Source: Chrysomallon squamiferum (lineage: Eukaryota; Animalia; Mollusca). Taken from it: a stretch of 64,000 nt of DNA. The translations under genes were made by a program, and so were the position numbers. The notes under the pieces are model-generated. The model had not been told where the DNA came from. It searched no databases and worked only from the letters and a program-made list of their open reading frames with translations. Below are positions 14,101 to 36,100 of this stretch, piece by piece. Numbering within the stretch: the first letter of the stretch is position 1; each line of letters opens with the position of its first letter. The DNA lies in NCBI GenBank assembly GCA_012295275.1, contig CM022673.1, forward strand, positions 8,122,001-8,186,000, read 5' to 3'.

Positions 14101-15045
14101 TGTATTCCTGTCTTAAATTGCATAACTGAAATATGTGTTTTTGCACAGTGGACTTCACGAAAATTTTTCTATTAAGTTCACTTTACTATGCAATGAAAGT
14201 TTGCTGTTTTTTAGGTCACTCTGGCATTAAGAATTCAACAAAAACAAAATGTACACCATATATATTTATTAAGACCTCTGCTTTTGACACTAAAAAAGTG
14301 AATTCACTTAGGTATCAATATACACTAATAATAATCATGTTATCTAGCTGCATACAGTGATTACAAGAAGTATGGCACAATTGTTTATTAATACTTCAAA
14401 GAAGCACAATTATTTCATGTTGTGCTAATTACATGTAAATTGCAGTCATTGTTTAAGAGTTGACCTTAACTTAAAATTGTATGTTGGTGTGGACAAAGCT
14501 AATTACTATATAAATTGTTCTTTTGTTCTGGAACTTATTAGTCAAATCCAAAATAGACAACTTCTGAATTAGAATTTTGTTTAATAACAAGAATTGGATG
14601 GAACTTTGAAATGGTGCTGTTTTACACAAAATTCCAGATTAGTCAAAAGGCCAATTTTGACAGAGTCTACTGTATAAACCTTTTTTTTCTTACAAGTTTT
14701 GGTTCTATACATTATGAAGCAACTCTGGCTTTTATTAAACAAATTACAACAGCTTTCATTAAACTTAATATTTATGTTTGTGGAGAAAGCATTTTTGTAG
14801 ATAGCCTCTTTTTTTTTTTTTTAACTTACTCATACATGTAATAAAATTCTATTAGTTTTAAAATTTGTAATTTTCTTGTAATAATTATTGGAATTTTTTA
14901 ACAAAAAAAAAAAAAAAAAGATAAAATATTTTCATATGCTTTTTGAATGACAGTTTAACACAGTTTCAATTTATAAAATGATTTTTTTTTTTTTCAGTTT
15001 ATTGTTGAAAACACATCAGACATGAAGAAGAAGAAAACAAGCTGA
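11102..15045 (+). CDS. RBM48: RNA-binding motif protein 48 (minor spliceosome factor), two apparent +1 frameshifts
   Basis: Exons 11102-11203, 11730-11921, 12286-12431, 12876-13691, 14998-15045. HHQRAEICYTRPPYREGRIPKAVK-VYTINQESKYLLVQGVP(A)VG...LFALYG..ILDEYP.DDFTEVYLI.F..IQSARFAKKKLDDYSFFGGVLHVCYAPEYE matches the RBM48 RRM. There is an extra A at 11780-11781 and a second +1 shift in exon 4 (likely the A6 at 13015-13020). The last exon is less certain. Confidence 0.88.
13817..14672. mobile_element. Non-autonomous DNA transposon (MITE) in RBM48 intron 4
   Basis: Terminal inverted repeats CGGTGGACTCTGTCAAAA (13817-13834) and TTTTGACAGAGTCTACTG (14655-14672) match 16/18, with TA on the right flank. 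The CAGT-type ends resemble pogo/Tigger-like elements. Confidence 0.6.
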
Positions 15046-18000
15046 CACAATCAAAATATTTTTTTTTCTTGTTCTGATAAATTATTATTATAAATAAAAC
15101 ATACTTGTTATTTTATTGGTTTTAAATTATCATATTGTTATATTTGTGGCTGAATATTACTTACTACATTTAAGTACATATATTAAACAAAATATAAAAG
15201 TAAGATCATAAATATATTATAAATAGATTGAAAAAGAATGATTTAAAAAAATATAACAAATAATCTGAAAACAGAATAAAATGAAATGGATGGTCCATTG
15301 TTTCAAATAGATGGCCAAAATATAGAACAGGCCATTAAAGTTAAGTAGTTTAAACTGGTAAAGAAAATGAATCTGTACATAGAAAAGCTTTAAAATTTAC
15401 TTCATTTAAAAAATAAAATAAAAAATGGAAAGGAATATCCACAAAATAACACAGATGCTACTTCCCCCCATTAAACCAATTTTAAAATTGAGATGGAGAA
15501 GCCACACCAGCTGATAAGTAGTGTAATTTTATGACTCTACAAAACAGATAAACACTTTAAATATCCTCTTATTTTCAATATAAGAGTAAAAAACAAGAAA
15601 AAGATCATTACAAAACCAAGAATATTTCGATACTGGATTTAACAGAAAACAAAGAAGGACATACATTTTGTAGTTTTTATTGTCGCAATGTCACATCTTC
15701 CATAGATGATGGTGAAACTAAATCACAACAGAATACATTAAAAACAAAATCTATGCAAGAAGTGGCTAATATGTAAATACAGTTCTCAGTGTGCACAAAA
15801 AATGCACTGATATTACAAAACAAAATTAAAATTAAAAGTTAATAATTCCATTTTTTATCCAGTTAAAAAACAAACAGTTCAACATGTTTTCTTTTTTCTT
15901 TTTTTTAGATATTAAATAATAATAATAAAAACAATGTACAAAAAATTCATTGACAATCAATTTTAAATGATACAAATCAGCCAAAATGATTAAGACATAT
16001 CATTTTTATTCTTATAATTATTTAGAAAATGGTAAAATCTATTTTGTTCATGCTACTTTTATCTTACTATATTAAATTCAAAATAATTATGTTTATGCAT
16101 GCATTTATGAAATCTAACATAACTTTTAAATGATTATGTTATTGTTACTTGAAAAAACAACAACAGCATACTATACATGTATAATTATGTTTCTAAATAT
16201 AAGCATTGCCCAAAATTATTGCACAAAATGCTTTACTGAAAACATATGCTTTATAACTAGGGAAATTTATTAATGTATTAATGGCATTGATGGTGTAACC
16301 GGCCTCTTTTATCACATGGTTAGCAGTTGCATAATTTTGATATAAAATAATAAATGTAACTTTAAGTTTAACAACACCAAACAAATTATTTCAAGCATAG
16401 CAGAAAATTATTATACTGTTTGACCAAGATCAAAATCCTATCCCCTCCAGTCTGACAACTGCTTATTAGAATAGAGATGTTGATGCTGATGGGGTCAAAA
16501 GTAAAGAAATGAATTAAGTGGCCTCCCATACCTAGAATCTTTCATTTTAAAGATATTTCTATTCATAACTTTCTTATTAAATACAGTCTGATAATTAATA
16601 TTTTTACCATTATTTTTAAATCAAAAAAAAAATTTTTGCCTGTTGTTCTGTGATGATAAATAGGTAAAAACAAAAAACATTGAGAAAAATAATCTATCAA
16701 TTAATTACATAATTATGTGGCTAAATGTGGCTATATATGTATGTGTATTACAGAATGCAAAAAAACCCCAAAACAAATGATATTTGCTAAACATGTATTA
16801 ATATGAATAATGCATTTATGTGATGATGGGCTATCCACATTCATTCATTCATTCACCATGCATTAAAAATGAGAGTCATTTCTGATTGTTACTTTTGTTT
16901 TCTCTGAAAAGGAGTACCTGCAGCTGATCTAAACATAGAAAATGGGTAAAAACACCAAAGAACCACGACAACTGACACCTTTTCAGGACTGCGAAGCTAA
17001 AAATGATTTTATTTGAAATTTGCAATTTGTGTACATTTAACTGATGAAGCCTTTCATCTGGTAATAATATTTATAGTAATAAATAACATATTGTAAATAA
17101 CTAGTCAGAAAGTAAAATGATACACACAACATTTTATTAGATGGTACATAACAATTAATAACATATTGCCTAGTAGTATCAATTTTAAAAGGTGTTTGAA
17201 ATTTTTGTAATAATAACTGTTTTTTTTTTTACACGTGTGCGCACAAATCTAAAATATATAAAAAAGATGATAATAATAATAAAAGACAAATCCCAAATAT
17301 CTAAAGTATAAATTCCAATAAACTGACAAAATTGATAGGCCTATTTTGCCAACAAATTCAGTCAAATCTTTAATCCATAAAAGGCACACTGTGTATCCAT
17401 AAATAATAAATTGTAACTAATCCCTTTTAACAACTGCAAATTAAACAAACTGATTTATTTATGAAAAAAAAAGAAAAAAGGTTAAGATCAAAATCATATG
17501 CTGCACACCATTATAAAAGATAAATGCTCAGAAATTTAATCTACTTTATAAAAAAAAATACCAAATGAAAATTAATTTCTTTCTATAAAATTAACAAAAC
17601 AAGTGTGTAATATTAAAAAATCTCATAGTTCTTGGGTGCCCAGATATTTACTATCAAACCAATTTTTAAGCCATTAAATCAATAATTTCAAGATAGAAAA
17701 GCAAGTTATGTCCAGGTGAAGTTATAAAAAACTGGTCATTCCTGTTAACTTTGCACTCAACTAACAATATTTCATTTTGCTTGGTATATATATGTTATTT
17801 TAAACAATATCTTTGAAATGGATTTTTAAAGTATTAATTTACAAAGTTGCATGAACTACTTAAAATCTTTGTGTTAATTCTGTTTATGAATTATTTTACA
17901 TTCTTATGACTATAACCCTGAGTTTGAAAGCTACAATGAAGATGTGTTTTGTATCTAAAATAGGATTGATTAATAAATACATCAAAAAAAATAATAAAAT

Positions 18001-18659
18001 AAAATAAAAAAACATTTAAAATAAAGTACAAACAGACAAAAGAAAAAACAAAAATACAAAATTCCTTAAAATTAAACACAGATCACCACTTTTATAACAA
18101 TGGAGATAACTGCCAAGGGACAACAAACAGTGTTTCAGCTGATAAACATAAAAAAAATATTGAAGTCCTGCTCAAATAAAATCATAAATTTTAAAAGACT
18201 CCAAAATTATAAAGTTATTATTTTTTTAAAATATTATAAACCATTTATTAAACTAACACATAAACATTTCTTTTTTGTCATTTATTATTACTATTATTTT
18301 TTTTTATTTTACACAAAATCTGTTATCATTTATTACATTTTGACAAAGATAAACAAAAAAAACAACAAAAAAAACAAAAAAAAATGACAACATACAATGT
18401 ACAAATTCATACAAATTTTCAGACTACTATTTGCATATAACAACAAATGAAAATTATCCAGTGATACATCCATCATCACTTGCATTCATTCTGACATTCT
18501 TGGGTTTTCTTTTTGTCATTTTGTTAACATAAATATACTTGAAATGTTGCACACATCAAAATCTTGGTATGAAGAGGCCATGGAAAGGTTTTGTAAACAA
18601 AGTTGGGAAAGATTCCATTTCATTGCAAACTTCTCATGTTGGTTGTTGGTTTATCCACT

Positions 18660-24974
<6,315 letters not shown>

Positions 24975-25241
24975 TCTGCTGGATAAATTATAATAGTTTC
25001 GGGCAAATATTTATAAAATTTCACAGAATACTTATTTAAATATATTTATTGCTTTTGTATTCATTTTGTTTAATTTTTTTTTGTGAATGAAGCAAATACA
25101 AAATTATTTTAAGAATTTACTTTTATAACAATAATCTGGAAGAATCGATCCGCACTAAAAACAGCTTGACAACCAGTTAAGAGAAGGACGCTGCTAAAAG
25201 GTTGTGATCAAATATCGTCCGTATAACTCGTTTTGCACATA
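24975..25241. promoter_or_regulatory. Bidirectional promoter region NMT/EFCAB1
   Basis: Divergent ATGs at 24974 (-) and 25242 (+), with 267 bp between them. Confidence 0.55.
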
Positions 25242-25407
25242 ATGTCAAACAAAAGGAGGGTTAGCAAGGAACAGGTAATCCAAAATTTGATGAAAAACGC
25301 CAAAAACAAAACAGGTCATCCATGCAGATGTAAGCATATTTTGTAAAATTATTGTTATTTAAAATATTCATCGGTATTGCCGATAATCATGTTACCATTA
25401 CCATTAC

Positions 25408-25458
<51 letters not shown>

Positions 25459-28132
25459 AACTGTTTTTATGTTATTTTGTATTTATATAAAAGTATTATT
25501 CACAAAACTATTTTTTCATAAATTTTATGATTGCATTTGGAACAAATAATTATAATTTATATGTTCAGTAAAAGAATAAGTCACAGATGACACATTATGT
25601 ATAATCAAAATATAGTGATTAATATTGGTGATTGAAGTATTTCAATATTTTATACAAATACATACACAAACATTCATATACACATAGGCACACACAATGA
25701 CAATGTATATATCTGTTTAATACATAGTTATTTGATCTTAATTTTAATTTTTTTTTAAATATTATTATTATTTCTTTATTTCTTTTTTTAGTTGACAAAC
25801 AAGAGATGGAAACATTGTATGATGTTTTTAAAGCTTTATGTTCAAAACAGCAGAAGCCCAAGCTGGACAGATTATGTTTCAGAGAAGTCCTCCACAATAA
25901 GTTTGATCTTACAGAAGATATCATCATGGATAGAAGTATGTTTTTTATTTTTATTTTTCACAGTTTTATAGTCATATAATTAAATTATAATAAAAAATCT
26001 GAAAATATCTTAAATATTTAAAATAAATAAAAGCATTGTAACATTATGACATCTGAACAGAAAAATTTGACATTTTCAGATTTGTGTAGTGACAACACTT
26101 TTAATAAATTATATATATATATATCCATATGATTATTTTACTTTTGGACACTAACAGTTGCAAAAACAGAATATGGAATTAATGTAAGAAGCTATGGTAA
26201 AAAAGTAGATGCTCACATTAATACTTTAAAAAAATATATTACTTCATGTATAGAAATGTAAAAACAGACATCATATAATTGATTAAATTGTAGCTAAGTT
26301 TCCATATCCTCCTCTGTCGTTCTGGAAGTAAATTACAATTATACACTGACATTTTCACCCAATTTTAATTTTTCTTTGATTGCTTTTTTATCTTTCTTAG
26401 TTTTTCGAGCATTTGACAAGGACAATGATGGTGTTCTCAGTGATGAAGAGTGGATCTATGGACTGTCAACATTCCTAAAAGGAGAAATGGAAGAAAAAAT
26501 CCAATGTACATATTTTACATAATATTATATTCTTTATAGAAAGAGCCATTTTATATTATAATAGGTGCTCCACAGTTGTAATTTTAATTTGAATATTTGG
26601 CTGCTTTTTTGTGCCACTGTACTGTCCAGTTCACAGAAGTGTCAATATTGTAATACTGTCTTCTTTTTTCATACTTTAAAATTTTTGAAGATATTATTAT
26701 AGGATTTCTTTTACAGACTGCTTTATGGTGTATGATCTCAATGCTGATGGTTACATTTCAAGAGAAGAAATGTTTCATCTCTTAAAAAATTCCCAAGTGA
26801 AGGTGAATGTTTAATATATGTTTTGTTATGTCATTAACAAAAAAGAAATTTGTTTTCATTTCCAAAATTAATGAAACCTATGAAAGCAAAAAATATAAAA
26901 AAGTACAAAATAGATAGAACAAAACAACAACAAAAAATAAAACAATTGTAAGTTGTTAATTCTTAATGTTGAATGACAAATTAATATTTTAACAATTAAT
27001 ATTATACTATACGTTGAAAGAGTAATATTAAAATTTAATTGAAGTAAGTTTAAAATCTCCTTTAGAGTAATTATGTTAATGCTCAGTTTGTTGCATTTTG
27101 ATAAGACCTTATTTTTGGTTTGTGTAGCAATCTTCAGAAGAAGACCCAGATGAAGGGGTAAAGGAATTGGTGGAAATTGCACTCAAGAAACTTGTAAGTT
27201 ATTATAACATTACAGAACCTAAAATGCATTTTAATTTTTGGACTATCCCACTGAATTTGTGTTTGTAACAATATCAATGTGGTCCTTCTCAAGTTACAAT
27301 TTATTGTATAATGAAAAACAAAACAAAATATTTTTGAAAAGTATCCCAAAAATGTTCAGTCCTTGAACCTAACATAGTCAGTTCTTGTATATGTAACATT
27401 CAGACACATGGTATGTCCATGTTTGTGCATGCATGATTGTGTATTTGTGTGTATAAATGTGTTCACGCTGTTTTCGTTACTTCTTCCTATTTACTGCTAA
27501 GGATTTGTGAGGACAGCTTGAATACTTCAAAGAAAGCATGCTGAGATTGGATTCAATTATTCTATATTGAATATATGTACCACTTTTTAAATTTTGAGTT
27601 GCACTTGCTGTTTATTTTAGGATGTAGATCATGATGGAAGATGCTCACTAGATGATTTTAGAGCAGCTGTTTGACAGACACTTTGTTGTTAGAAACACTT
27701 GGGCCATGCCTTCCCTCTGCCACTGTAAGTCCTAAATTACTGACATTGTTACCATCTGGAAATTAACAGAATATATTCACAAGTACTGTTTATTGTTTTA
27801 ACGTAACTTGCTTAAAAATGGATTTTTGAGGATAAATAGATTAACAAGGCCTTTTGAATTATATATATATTGGTATGAAAAGTGGCAGTTAATCAAAGTG
27901 GAAAATATATTATTGTACAATCTGTTTTGGCCTCATCAGTTGTTACACATCATAATTATTTTCATTTGTTTATTTGTTTATTTGTTCACTCATTCATGTA
28001 TTTATTTGTTTATTTTCATTCTATAATATAGTTAAATAGTATGATTTGTCTTTTTTTTTTCCACAGCTTCGTGATAATTTTTTGATGTTGGTTAAAGGAA
28101 ATCTGGTAACACAACTGGTTGGTGAAGATTAA
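25242..28132 (+). CDS. EFCAB1: Calaxin / EF-hand calcium-binding domain protein 1 (ciliary outer dynein arm docking), one apparent -1 frameshift at ~27670
   Basis: Exons 25242-25329, 25792-25935, 26401-26505, 26717-26802, 27128-27193, 27621-27724, 28067-28132. [35 protein letters not shown]...[70 protein letters not shown]...LLLETLGPCLP closely matches calaxin. One T is missing at 27670-27672. Confidence 0.9.
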
Positions 28133-29954
28133 GATAAAAAGAAGAAAAGAAAAAATAGCAAAAACTGAAAACCCACCCAATGCTGAAACAACAGCAAGAA
28201 GCAATGCTGTAATTGACAAATAAAAGCACAGACATTTTGATGTCCAATAATCCTGTGTACATAGACACATGTCAAATTTTAAACAGCAGATAGAAATTGT
28301 GTTTTAAATTTAAACTTTTTGAAAATTATTTTAGTTTATAATTATGTGTATTGTTATAAATGAAAAAGGAGAAAAAAAATATATCTGTAACCTTTTGTAA
28401 CAAAATATTTCAGTGGAAAAGAAGTATAGCAAATATAATTTTTTGTCCGTTTCAAAGTATTTACAAAGTTTTTGAAATTGAAAAAAATATATATCTATAA
28501 AAATAGATAACCGTCATATGAAGGAAATTCTTAATCCACTACTTTTTTCCAAATAAATTGTAACATTATATACTATTAAAACAAGATAATTTATCTGAAG
28601 AATTTAAAATCTTCATTGCTTAAGGGAATTTTTTTTGTTACATCATCAAGTTTTCTTGTGAAAAAATATGTAATGCACTTAAGTTTATTGTTTATTGATA
28701 TTACTATTCCTTTTCTTTTCTAGTTGTTTGTAGAAACTTAAACTTGTATTAAATTTTTTGTCATATTTCATGTTAGAAAATTACCTATTTTGAACATATG
28801 GATTATAGAGATTTCATTATTTTACTAACCTTTACCAGCTGTTGTTACATATTTTAATGGGGAAAAATCATTTGTATAAAAGTTTTTTGTCAAGTTTTAA
28901 AAACTGTAATAGTTAATTATAGAAAATTACAAGTATATTTAATATTTTTCAATTTTGCTATATTGATATATTCTCAGTCCGTCCAAATTCTTATTTCAGT
29001 ATTTGTTACAATTGTTTTAAAAAAAAAAAAGAGTGATAACTTTATTATATACTCATACCTATATATTTTGCACATGCTTCTAAAATATTTTTCTTATATA
29101 CAGCCAATTCTTTTTTGAAAACAATTTCTTTTTATGTTTTGTATCAGCAAAATAATATATTTTAAAATTATGGTAAAATAAATCATTTTACTTTTAGAAA
29201 TGTGTTATTTTCAATTTGAACCATAAATCATGATCAGAAACATTTATCTGAATTGTAGATTTCACATCTCACCTCAGAAAAGCAAAGGACGACTTTCATG
29301 TTTTAATTAAATGTAACCAAGTTTGACAGTTTGTAAATATGCTCATTTGATCATATGAATGCAGTTTCTCTATATATAAAATCAAAATACTGACTCCACA
29401 GAATTATTTTCTTGTTGTTGGACACTCAAGTTATTCTGTAGGATGAAATCCATACAGTCTTCTTATCAAAAAAACATAAGAAATAAAAAATCTTTAAGAA
29501 ATAATAAATTTAAATCTGCTTAAGAAAACAATATTTTTGGTACAAGTTCTATCTCCTAACATGTTTTGTTTTTTAATTCTGAGCTATAATATCAATCATC
29601 CATTTTGTCATGATTTTTAATTTGTATTTTACTTAATGCTGTATTCACAAAACAGATTGAAACAGTTATGAGATAAAGGAAAGGTAACGAAAAAGAGTTT
29701 TATTTTTTTTTATTTTGATAATATATCTAAATCATCATCCAATAAAATACAATGTATTATTTATTTATAAAAATATTTAATCAGCATTGTTTTTTGAAAT
29801 ATTTGTATATAAAATGATTTTTTTGTACAACCATTTTTGATTTTCTTTTCTCATACTTGAAGCAGCAATTCAGCCTTTATTTTTATATCTGTGTATATAT
29901 ATATATATATAATTTTATTTTTCTGTCAATCTGTTTCAAAGATTTCACATAAAG

Positions 29955-32900
29955 TCATTTGGCCAGTGAACTCTCAGGGTAAAGTTTGTAAAATCGACCC
30001 AATGTCCAGATAGGAAAAACATTGCGATAACTTGTGTAAGTGATTCCACATGACTTGTTGAACACACCACTTGTGTTTTCCTGAAACAATTGAGAAGATA
30101 AGTCAATATAATTTTAATAATTGTAAAATAATTTAAGTATTTTATTAATAAATGTTTCTTTACTACTGTTATTGTCTTGTTTTGGTACACAATTAACCTG
30201 TCACTACGAGCACCTGAATGATATTAAGCCAATCAAAAATATTTATCAATGCAACCAATGAAAAGCCTTTATTGTTACAGCTAATCATATTGCAGATAAC
30301 AAAGATGATGATTTGCAACTCTGTTTTCTTAATTAAACATTATTTCATTAGATATTTTAGATACTGATGATGGCTGTGTAAAAGAACATTAAATTAACTG
30401 ATTTATAACTCTATAAGGATGATAAATAAACTAATAGAAATTATTTGACCTGAGGCCAATCTCCATTGGGTAGCTGTCTCTCCATAATTACATGAATCCC
30501 TTTCTCCAAGACTTCCAAATGAGGAAATCTGGAATAAAAACGTTTTTAACAATATACAATGGATCACTAATATGTATATAAATAAGAATTACAAAAGAAA
30601 TAATTTATGAAGAATATGGTGGCCATAAAAGAAATAATTCTATTTCTGTAAGAATTATTCATTACTGCCTAATTTACATTTATTTTTCTCTTGGGTGAAA
30701 TATATAGATCTACTTTTCAACTGTAATGAAAATCTCCCAAACTCTGTTTTTACTAGTGTCCTTTAAAACAAATCTTCTACAAATTAACAACCACTGTGTA
30801 CAAACCTGACAGCCATCAGTCCTAGAAGAGCCCAGCAAGTGTTAACAATCTGAGACTTTTTACTCTGAACATACTCGCGAGTCTCACAAGATTCAAAATC
30901 CTCGCCCCAACCTCCATCAGCCATCTGTTTGGACAGTAAAAAATCACAGGCTTTCTTCACCTCTCTTGGCACATTGTTTTTATCATAACGATAACCCATA
31001 CATCCATATGCTTCTAGTCCAAACCAGGCACCATATGTGAAGCAAACACCCCACGAGCCTTCCCAAGATCCATCTGCTCTCTGTTTCTTACGAATGAATT
31101 CCAGTCCATCAGAAAGAACAGACTGAATCTCAGCTTGTCTGTATTCAGGGTGTTTTTGGTTAAATGTATGGAAAGCCTGGATAACAGCCGAAGTACACTC
31201 AACATATGTGTAGTCTATCATGATATCACCTATAAGCATAATAAACATTCAATATTTAAATAACGTACTCTAGCATTAAGGAGAGAAGTTGAGTATTCTC
31301 TATTCTGAAAACAAAATATTTTTATTTACAGTAAACATTTCCACACTGACTCTTAAACATGAACTTTTGTGTGGTCAGGATATGATAAATGGATAGTAAT
31401 TCTTTTGATTATTTTATTATTAGCAATTATATTTACTGATAGTTTAGATAAGATACACGTGAACAGAAATATCATGGCAATCAAGTTGAAAGAAGTCCCC
31501 CCAAAATGTAATTGTTTATAATAAAGAAGAAATTCAATGCAGCAATAAAAATGCTTTTAAAGTTGTGTACAAATATTCCTTGAAGTTGAAGTTTAAATGA
31601 ACAACACATACCAAATACTTCTGATGGATTGATTAGTTCGAGTAAAACACCTCCACGTTTTGTTTCATATGTAGCATAGCCACCATCATCACACTTCATG
31701 TTTAAGAGCTTTTAACAAGAAGAAATGTAAAATTTTATATCACCATTTGATTACAAATAAAGAATTAAATTTTCTATTAATATCAGTGTCAGAAGTAATA
31801 TTTAACAAATTATAGATAAAAAGTATTTAAATATTTGATTGGCTAACATTTCAAATATAACAGAAAATGATGCTAAAAAATGTAAAGTAAAAGTATTTTA
31901 TCCAACAAAACTGATGTGAGATGTAGAAGGTATGATACAGATGATAACTAAATATATTTCAATGTTACTGAAAATCAAAAATCCACAAAACACGTTTTCA
32001 AATCTCATAACACACAAACGTAACCAGTCATATTCCCCTAACTCTTCCCCATCTCTGTATCACAAACTCTTCTTCACCAAAGAATGCTTTCTTTCTTTCA
32101 ACAGCTGTGACTCCTTACATAATTATTCAGTAACAATCTTTATAAAAATGTGACATTTGTCTTCTGATGTAAACCATCATTGATTTGTCATGTTGGCACT
32201 ATGAAGCACTGGTTTTGTTAGTTTGATATATTTTTTGTAGGCACAGCCTTTCTATGATTATCAATTTGCAATTACATGTCTCCCAACACAACCTGCCCAC
32301 CCAAAAAACACAACAATGGAATAAGCTTTCTGAGATTTGTTAAGCTTTTTACAAAAGTATGCTACCTGGTGATCAGTTTTATTCTCATCAGCCTGTGACA
32401 TGTGCACTGGATAAAACTGCCTTTAGCTGATCAAAAACATTTTGACAAAGAATCAGACCTTTGAAATTTGACACTTTTCTCAGATTATCATAAATCCAGT
32501 TATAAAACAAGAGACATGACACAACAAATTTAATTTATGAAAATTCAGTCATCTATCTTTTCTTCCACCAGAGTATAATTATTTCAACATCATCAGTCTA
32601 TCACTATTTTCTGTAATAAAAATGAAAAAAAATGAAGAAAATAAAAAATGAAAAAAATGAATTCCCTACCACGTCAACAGCCTGAAAGATTCTCTCATCT
32701 GGAATTAACTTGTTGAGACTGTCACATTTTTCTTGTAAATACAACACACTTTTCAAACCTTCTGCTGTGCAGTCTGACACTGTCCATCCACAGTCACGAG
32801 TACTGAAGGGAAATCCTCCCTAATAAATAAAATGTCTCTTCTTTTTAATATTATTTTTGTATTTGTTAAAAACGAAGACTTATTAATAATTTAAATATAC

Positions 32901-33068
32901 TGTTTGAAAACATAATTAATGTATAAATTTAATTTTAGAAAAATGTATAATAGATAATTGCAGAAAGAATTAAATTTTTTTTAAATTAAATCTTAATTGA
33001 TGAATATTTGTATTAATGAATAATACTGCATTATATAGACTATTTTTTTAATCAGATGGACTATTTAA

Positions 33069-33127
<59 letters not shown>

Positions 33128-36100
33128 TAATAATAATAATAATAATTGCAAACAAAATTTTTGATTATGGACCTTGTTCATTTGTCTGTAGTATTTCTGG
33201 TAGTCTGGAGGATTTTCTGGGATCTGAGTTATTCTAAAAAAGTCGTGAACATTTCTTAGAGTGTCCTTGAACTCTGACATTTGATCAGCACCAGCCTGGA
33301 GATGACAATGTTCAAAAATTCAACAACAAAAAGAATATTCAGTTAATTTACAAATCCATATACAATATAACATTTTTTGGCTTTGTTTATCGTTATTATT
33401 TCATATTTTAAATATATATTCTTTATTTATTTTTCTTAATTTGACAAACAATTAACTTTCTTTCAAATTTCTTATTACCTTCAATACTTTTATGAGATTT
33501 GTATTATCTAATATTATTAACAAATATTAATTTTATTCAAAAAAAAAAAGAAAACGTTTTTAAAAATCACACTACAAAATATTTTTATTTTAACCTCTCT
33601 TTGGTGTCAAACCCTTATTTTTGTAATAATAAAAACTGTAGGAGATAAATCTGTAAGCATCTTTTTTAAGATAATAATAACCAATAAGAATCAAAAACAT
33701 TTTCAAAGATTTTCTTTCATTTTTTCTTTTAAAAAAAATAAAGATAAAAAATAAAAAAGCATTTTGGTTTTTTATTTGATTTAAAATCAATTACTAATAA
33801 TACAGACAGAAGCAAAAATAATTTATTAAAGAGTAAATATTTTACGAAAATGTTTTTTGTAAAAACATAAGAAATTAATTATCATACTGTATTTTAAGTT
33901 TGTATCCCCCACAAACAAACAAACAAAAAGAAATTCAATAAATAAATAGAATTATTAAAATTAAAATTCGAACTCACCTCTAGTAATGCTTGACAAGCAA
34001 AAGTTGCATCCCACAGCTGTGAACCATTAGTTCCCTTTTCATGGAAAAGAAAAGAAATGAAAATGTGAAATAAATGAAGTTTTGTAATTTATACATGTAC
34101 CACAATAACTTTTTATATGTAAAACTTGAATAATAACTTTCTTTGATCATTTATATTTTCACAATATTATAAATTATTATTTTGTAAGGCACAAATTCCT
34201 TGGTATTTATGAAATAATAATGTAGGATCCTAATTTCATAACTTCACACTGAAAACAAAGTTCTGTTTTTCAGACATTAATAAATTTAACAGTAAATAAA
34301 TTTAATAATACTAACAGACAACTTCATTCCATCCAGTCCAAGCCTGGAAAAAAAGAAATTGTATAATGTCACTAAATGTGAAAAAGCTAAATGTTTTCAG
34401 GTTAAAACAAAATTAATAAATAGTAGAATTGTTTGGTGGTAGTGGGCAGACACCAGCATTATCAATTATCCTGGGTGTATTCTATCCTGGTTTACAAAGT
34501 AATGGATTTGATTTGACTTTAAATCTAGTCACATATGTATATTACTGATTTGGTATAAGCTTAAAATATATGATTTATCTATAAAATGATATTCTGTCAT
34601 AAAAATACTCTATCAGAGTTTATGCTGGAAGTCACATTCTCTTCTACTAGGGACTAAAACAAAAAATAAAATAATGGAATAAAGCCAAGAAAGGTTAGGA
34701 ATACATAGTGGACATATAATTAATAGTTTTGAATAATGTTAACTATTTCAGCAGATAGGAAATTTTTAGATAGCTTTATTTTAGTGAAACTCCTCTAAAC
34801 TAAACCTCTATAAACCAAACTTACTTCTTGGTCCTGTGACTTACACAGCTTTCACCACAGAAAACAAACTGTAAAAACCAGTCAACACTGATTTTGTTGT
34901 GTTTATGTAATAAAATCAGTTTTAGCTCTGAAAACTGAAAAATCAAAAACATGCAAGTACCTTGTCTGTCTAGATCAGGTATGGGGTACTTTTTTAAATA
35001 TGGGACAATGCTCATCAACAGGTGAGCTTCACAAATAATAAACATTATGCTACTCATCAAATCTGCTGAGTCATTCAGAAAGCACCACTGTAAAGGGTGA
35101 CTTGCATACACTCAGGGTAGCATTTCAGGATTGTGTTTGAGTAGTTGTGGAACAATGATTTAACTGGTCTGACTCCCCAGTTCAGTTATCCCTTGAAAAG
35201 CTTTTGTCATTGAATTAACTCCTTTATATTTGTAAACAGTAACAGAGCACTTCAAAAATATTCTCATTTTGTTGCTGTTGTTTTTTAAATAATATAATTT
35301 TTTTGTTTTAAATACATTTCCATCTTAAGTAAAGGCTATTTGTTGAAACCATAATAAATGAAACACCTCTCTGAACCAAACTATTCATTTGGTGTTCAGT
35401 TTAGAGGAGTTTCACTGTGGTTATATTCTTAATCCCTGATAAAATATAATTTATGACTGAGATTATGTTTTATTTCAAATCTTTTTTCCAATTCTGGTTT
35501 CATTTAGGTAACTACTTAAGATTTTTCAAGAAACAAACCATAAATAGTCTTTAACTCTGTCTTGGTGTTTTTTGAAATCCTTATGTTCTGCACCATCTTC
35601 ATGCCACCGGACAATCATCTGAATGAACTTTGATATCTGGAAATGACATGAAAAATGTGATCAGTCACCCTTTTAAAATTAATATTCTTAATATTTTTTT
35701 CATAACAAATATGCTTTCAGGAACAAAAAAATCATTAGATCATATTTATATTTTAATTTAATAACATTTAAAATTAACATTTCTAACAACTTAAAATTTA
35801 TTTTTATGAAACTATATTGTTAAACGGATATTAATTATATAAGTGAATAATATTCGTAGATAATTCAACAATCTTATAAAAATATAAATAAGTAATTAAA
35901 TAAAAATAAAAATGCTGATGGTCTGGTTCTATGATTTACTCCCACTATTTAAATAATCTTTTTCATGTAAGTAAATTAATCAGAATTGTTTTTTCAACTT
36001 ACTGGACCAACACTTATACATTTTGAGAACTGATCATCAGCACAAATGTGATTGTAACATTCCTCAAGAGCTTTCTGTCTCAGACTGGAACTATGGAAGA

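Noticed and set aside
25242-25260. Functional link with calaxin as a myristoylation substrate of neighbouring NMT
   Set aside because: The predicted N-terminus is MSNK, with no Gly2.
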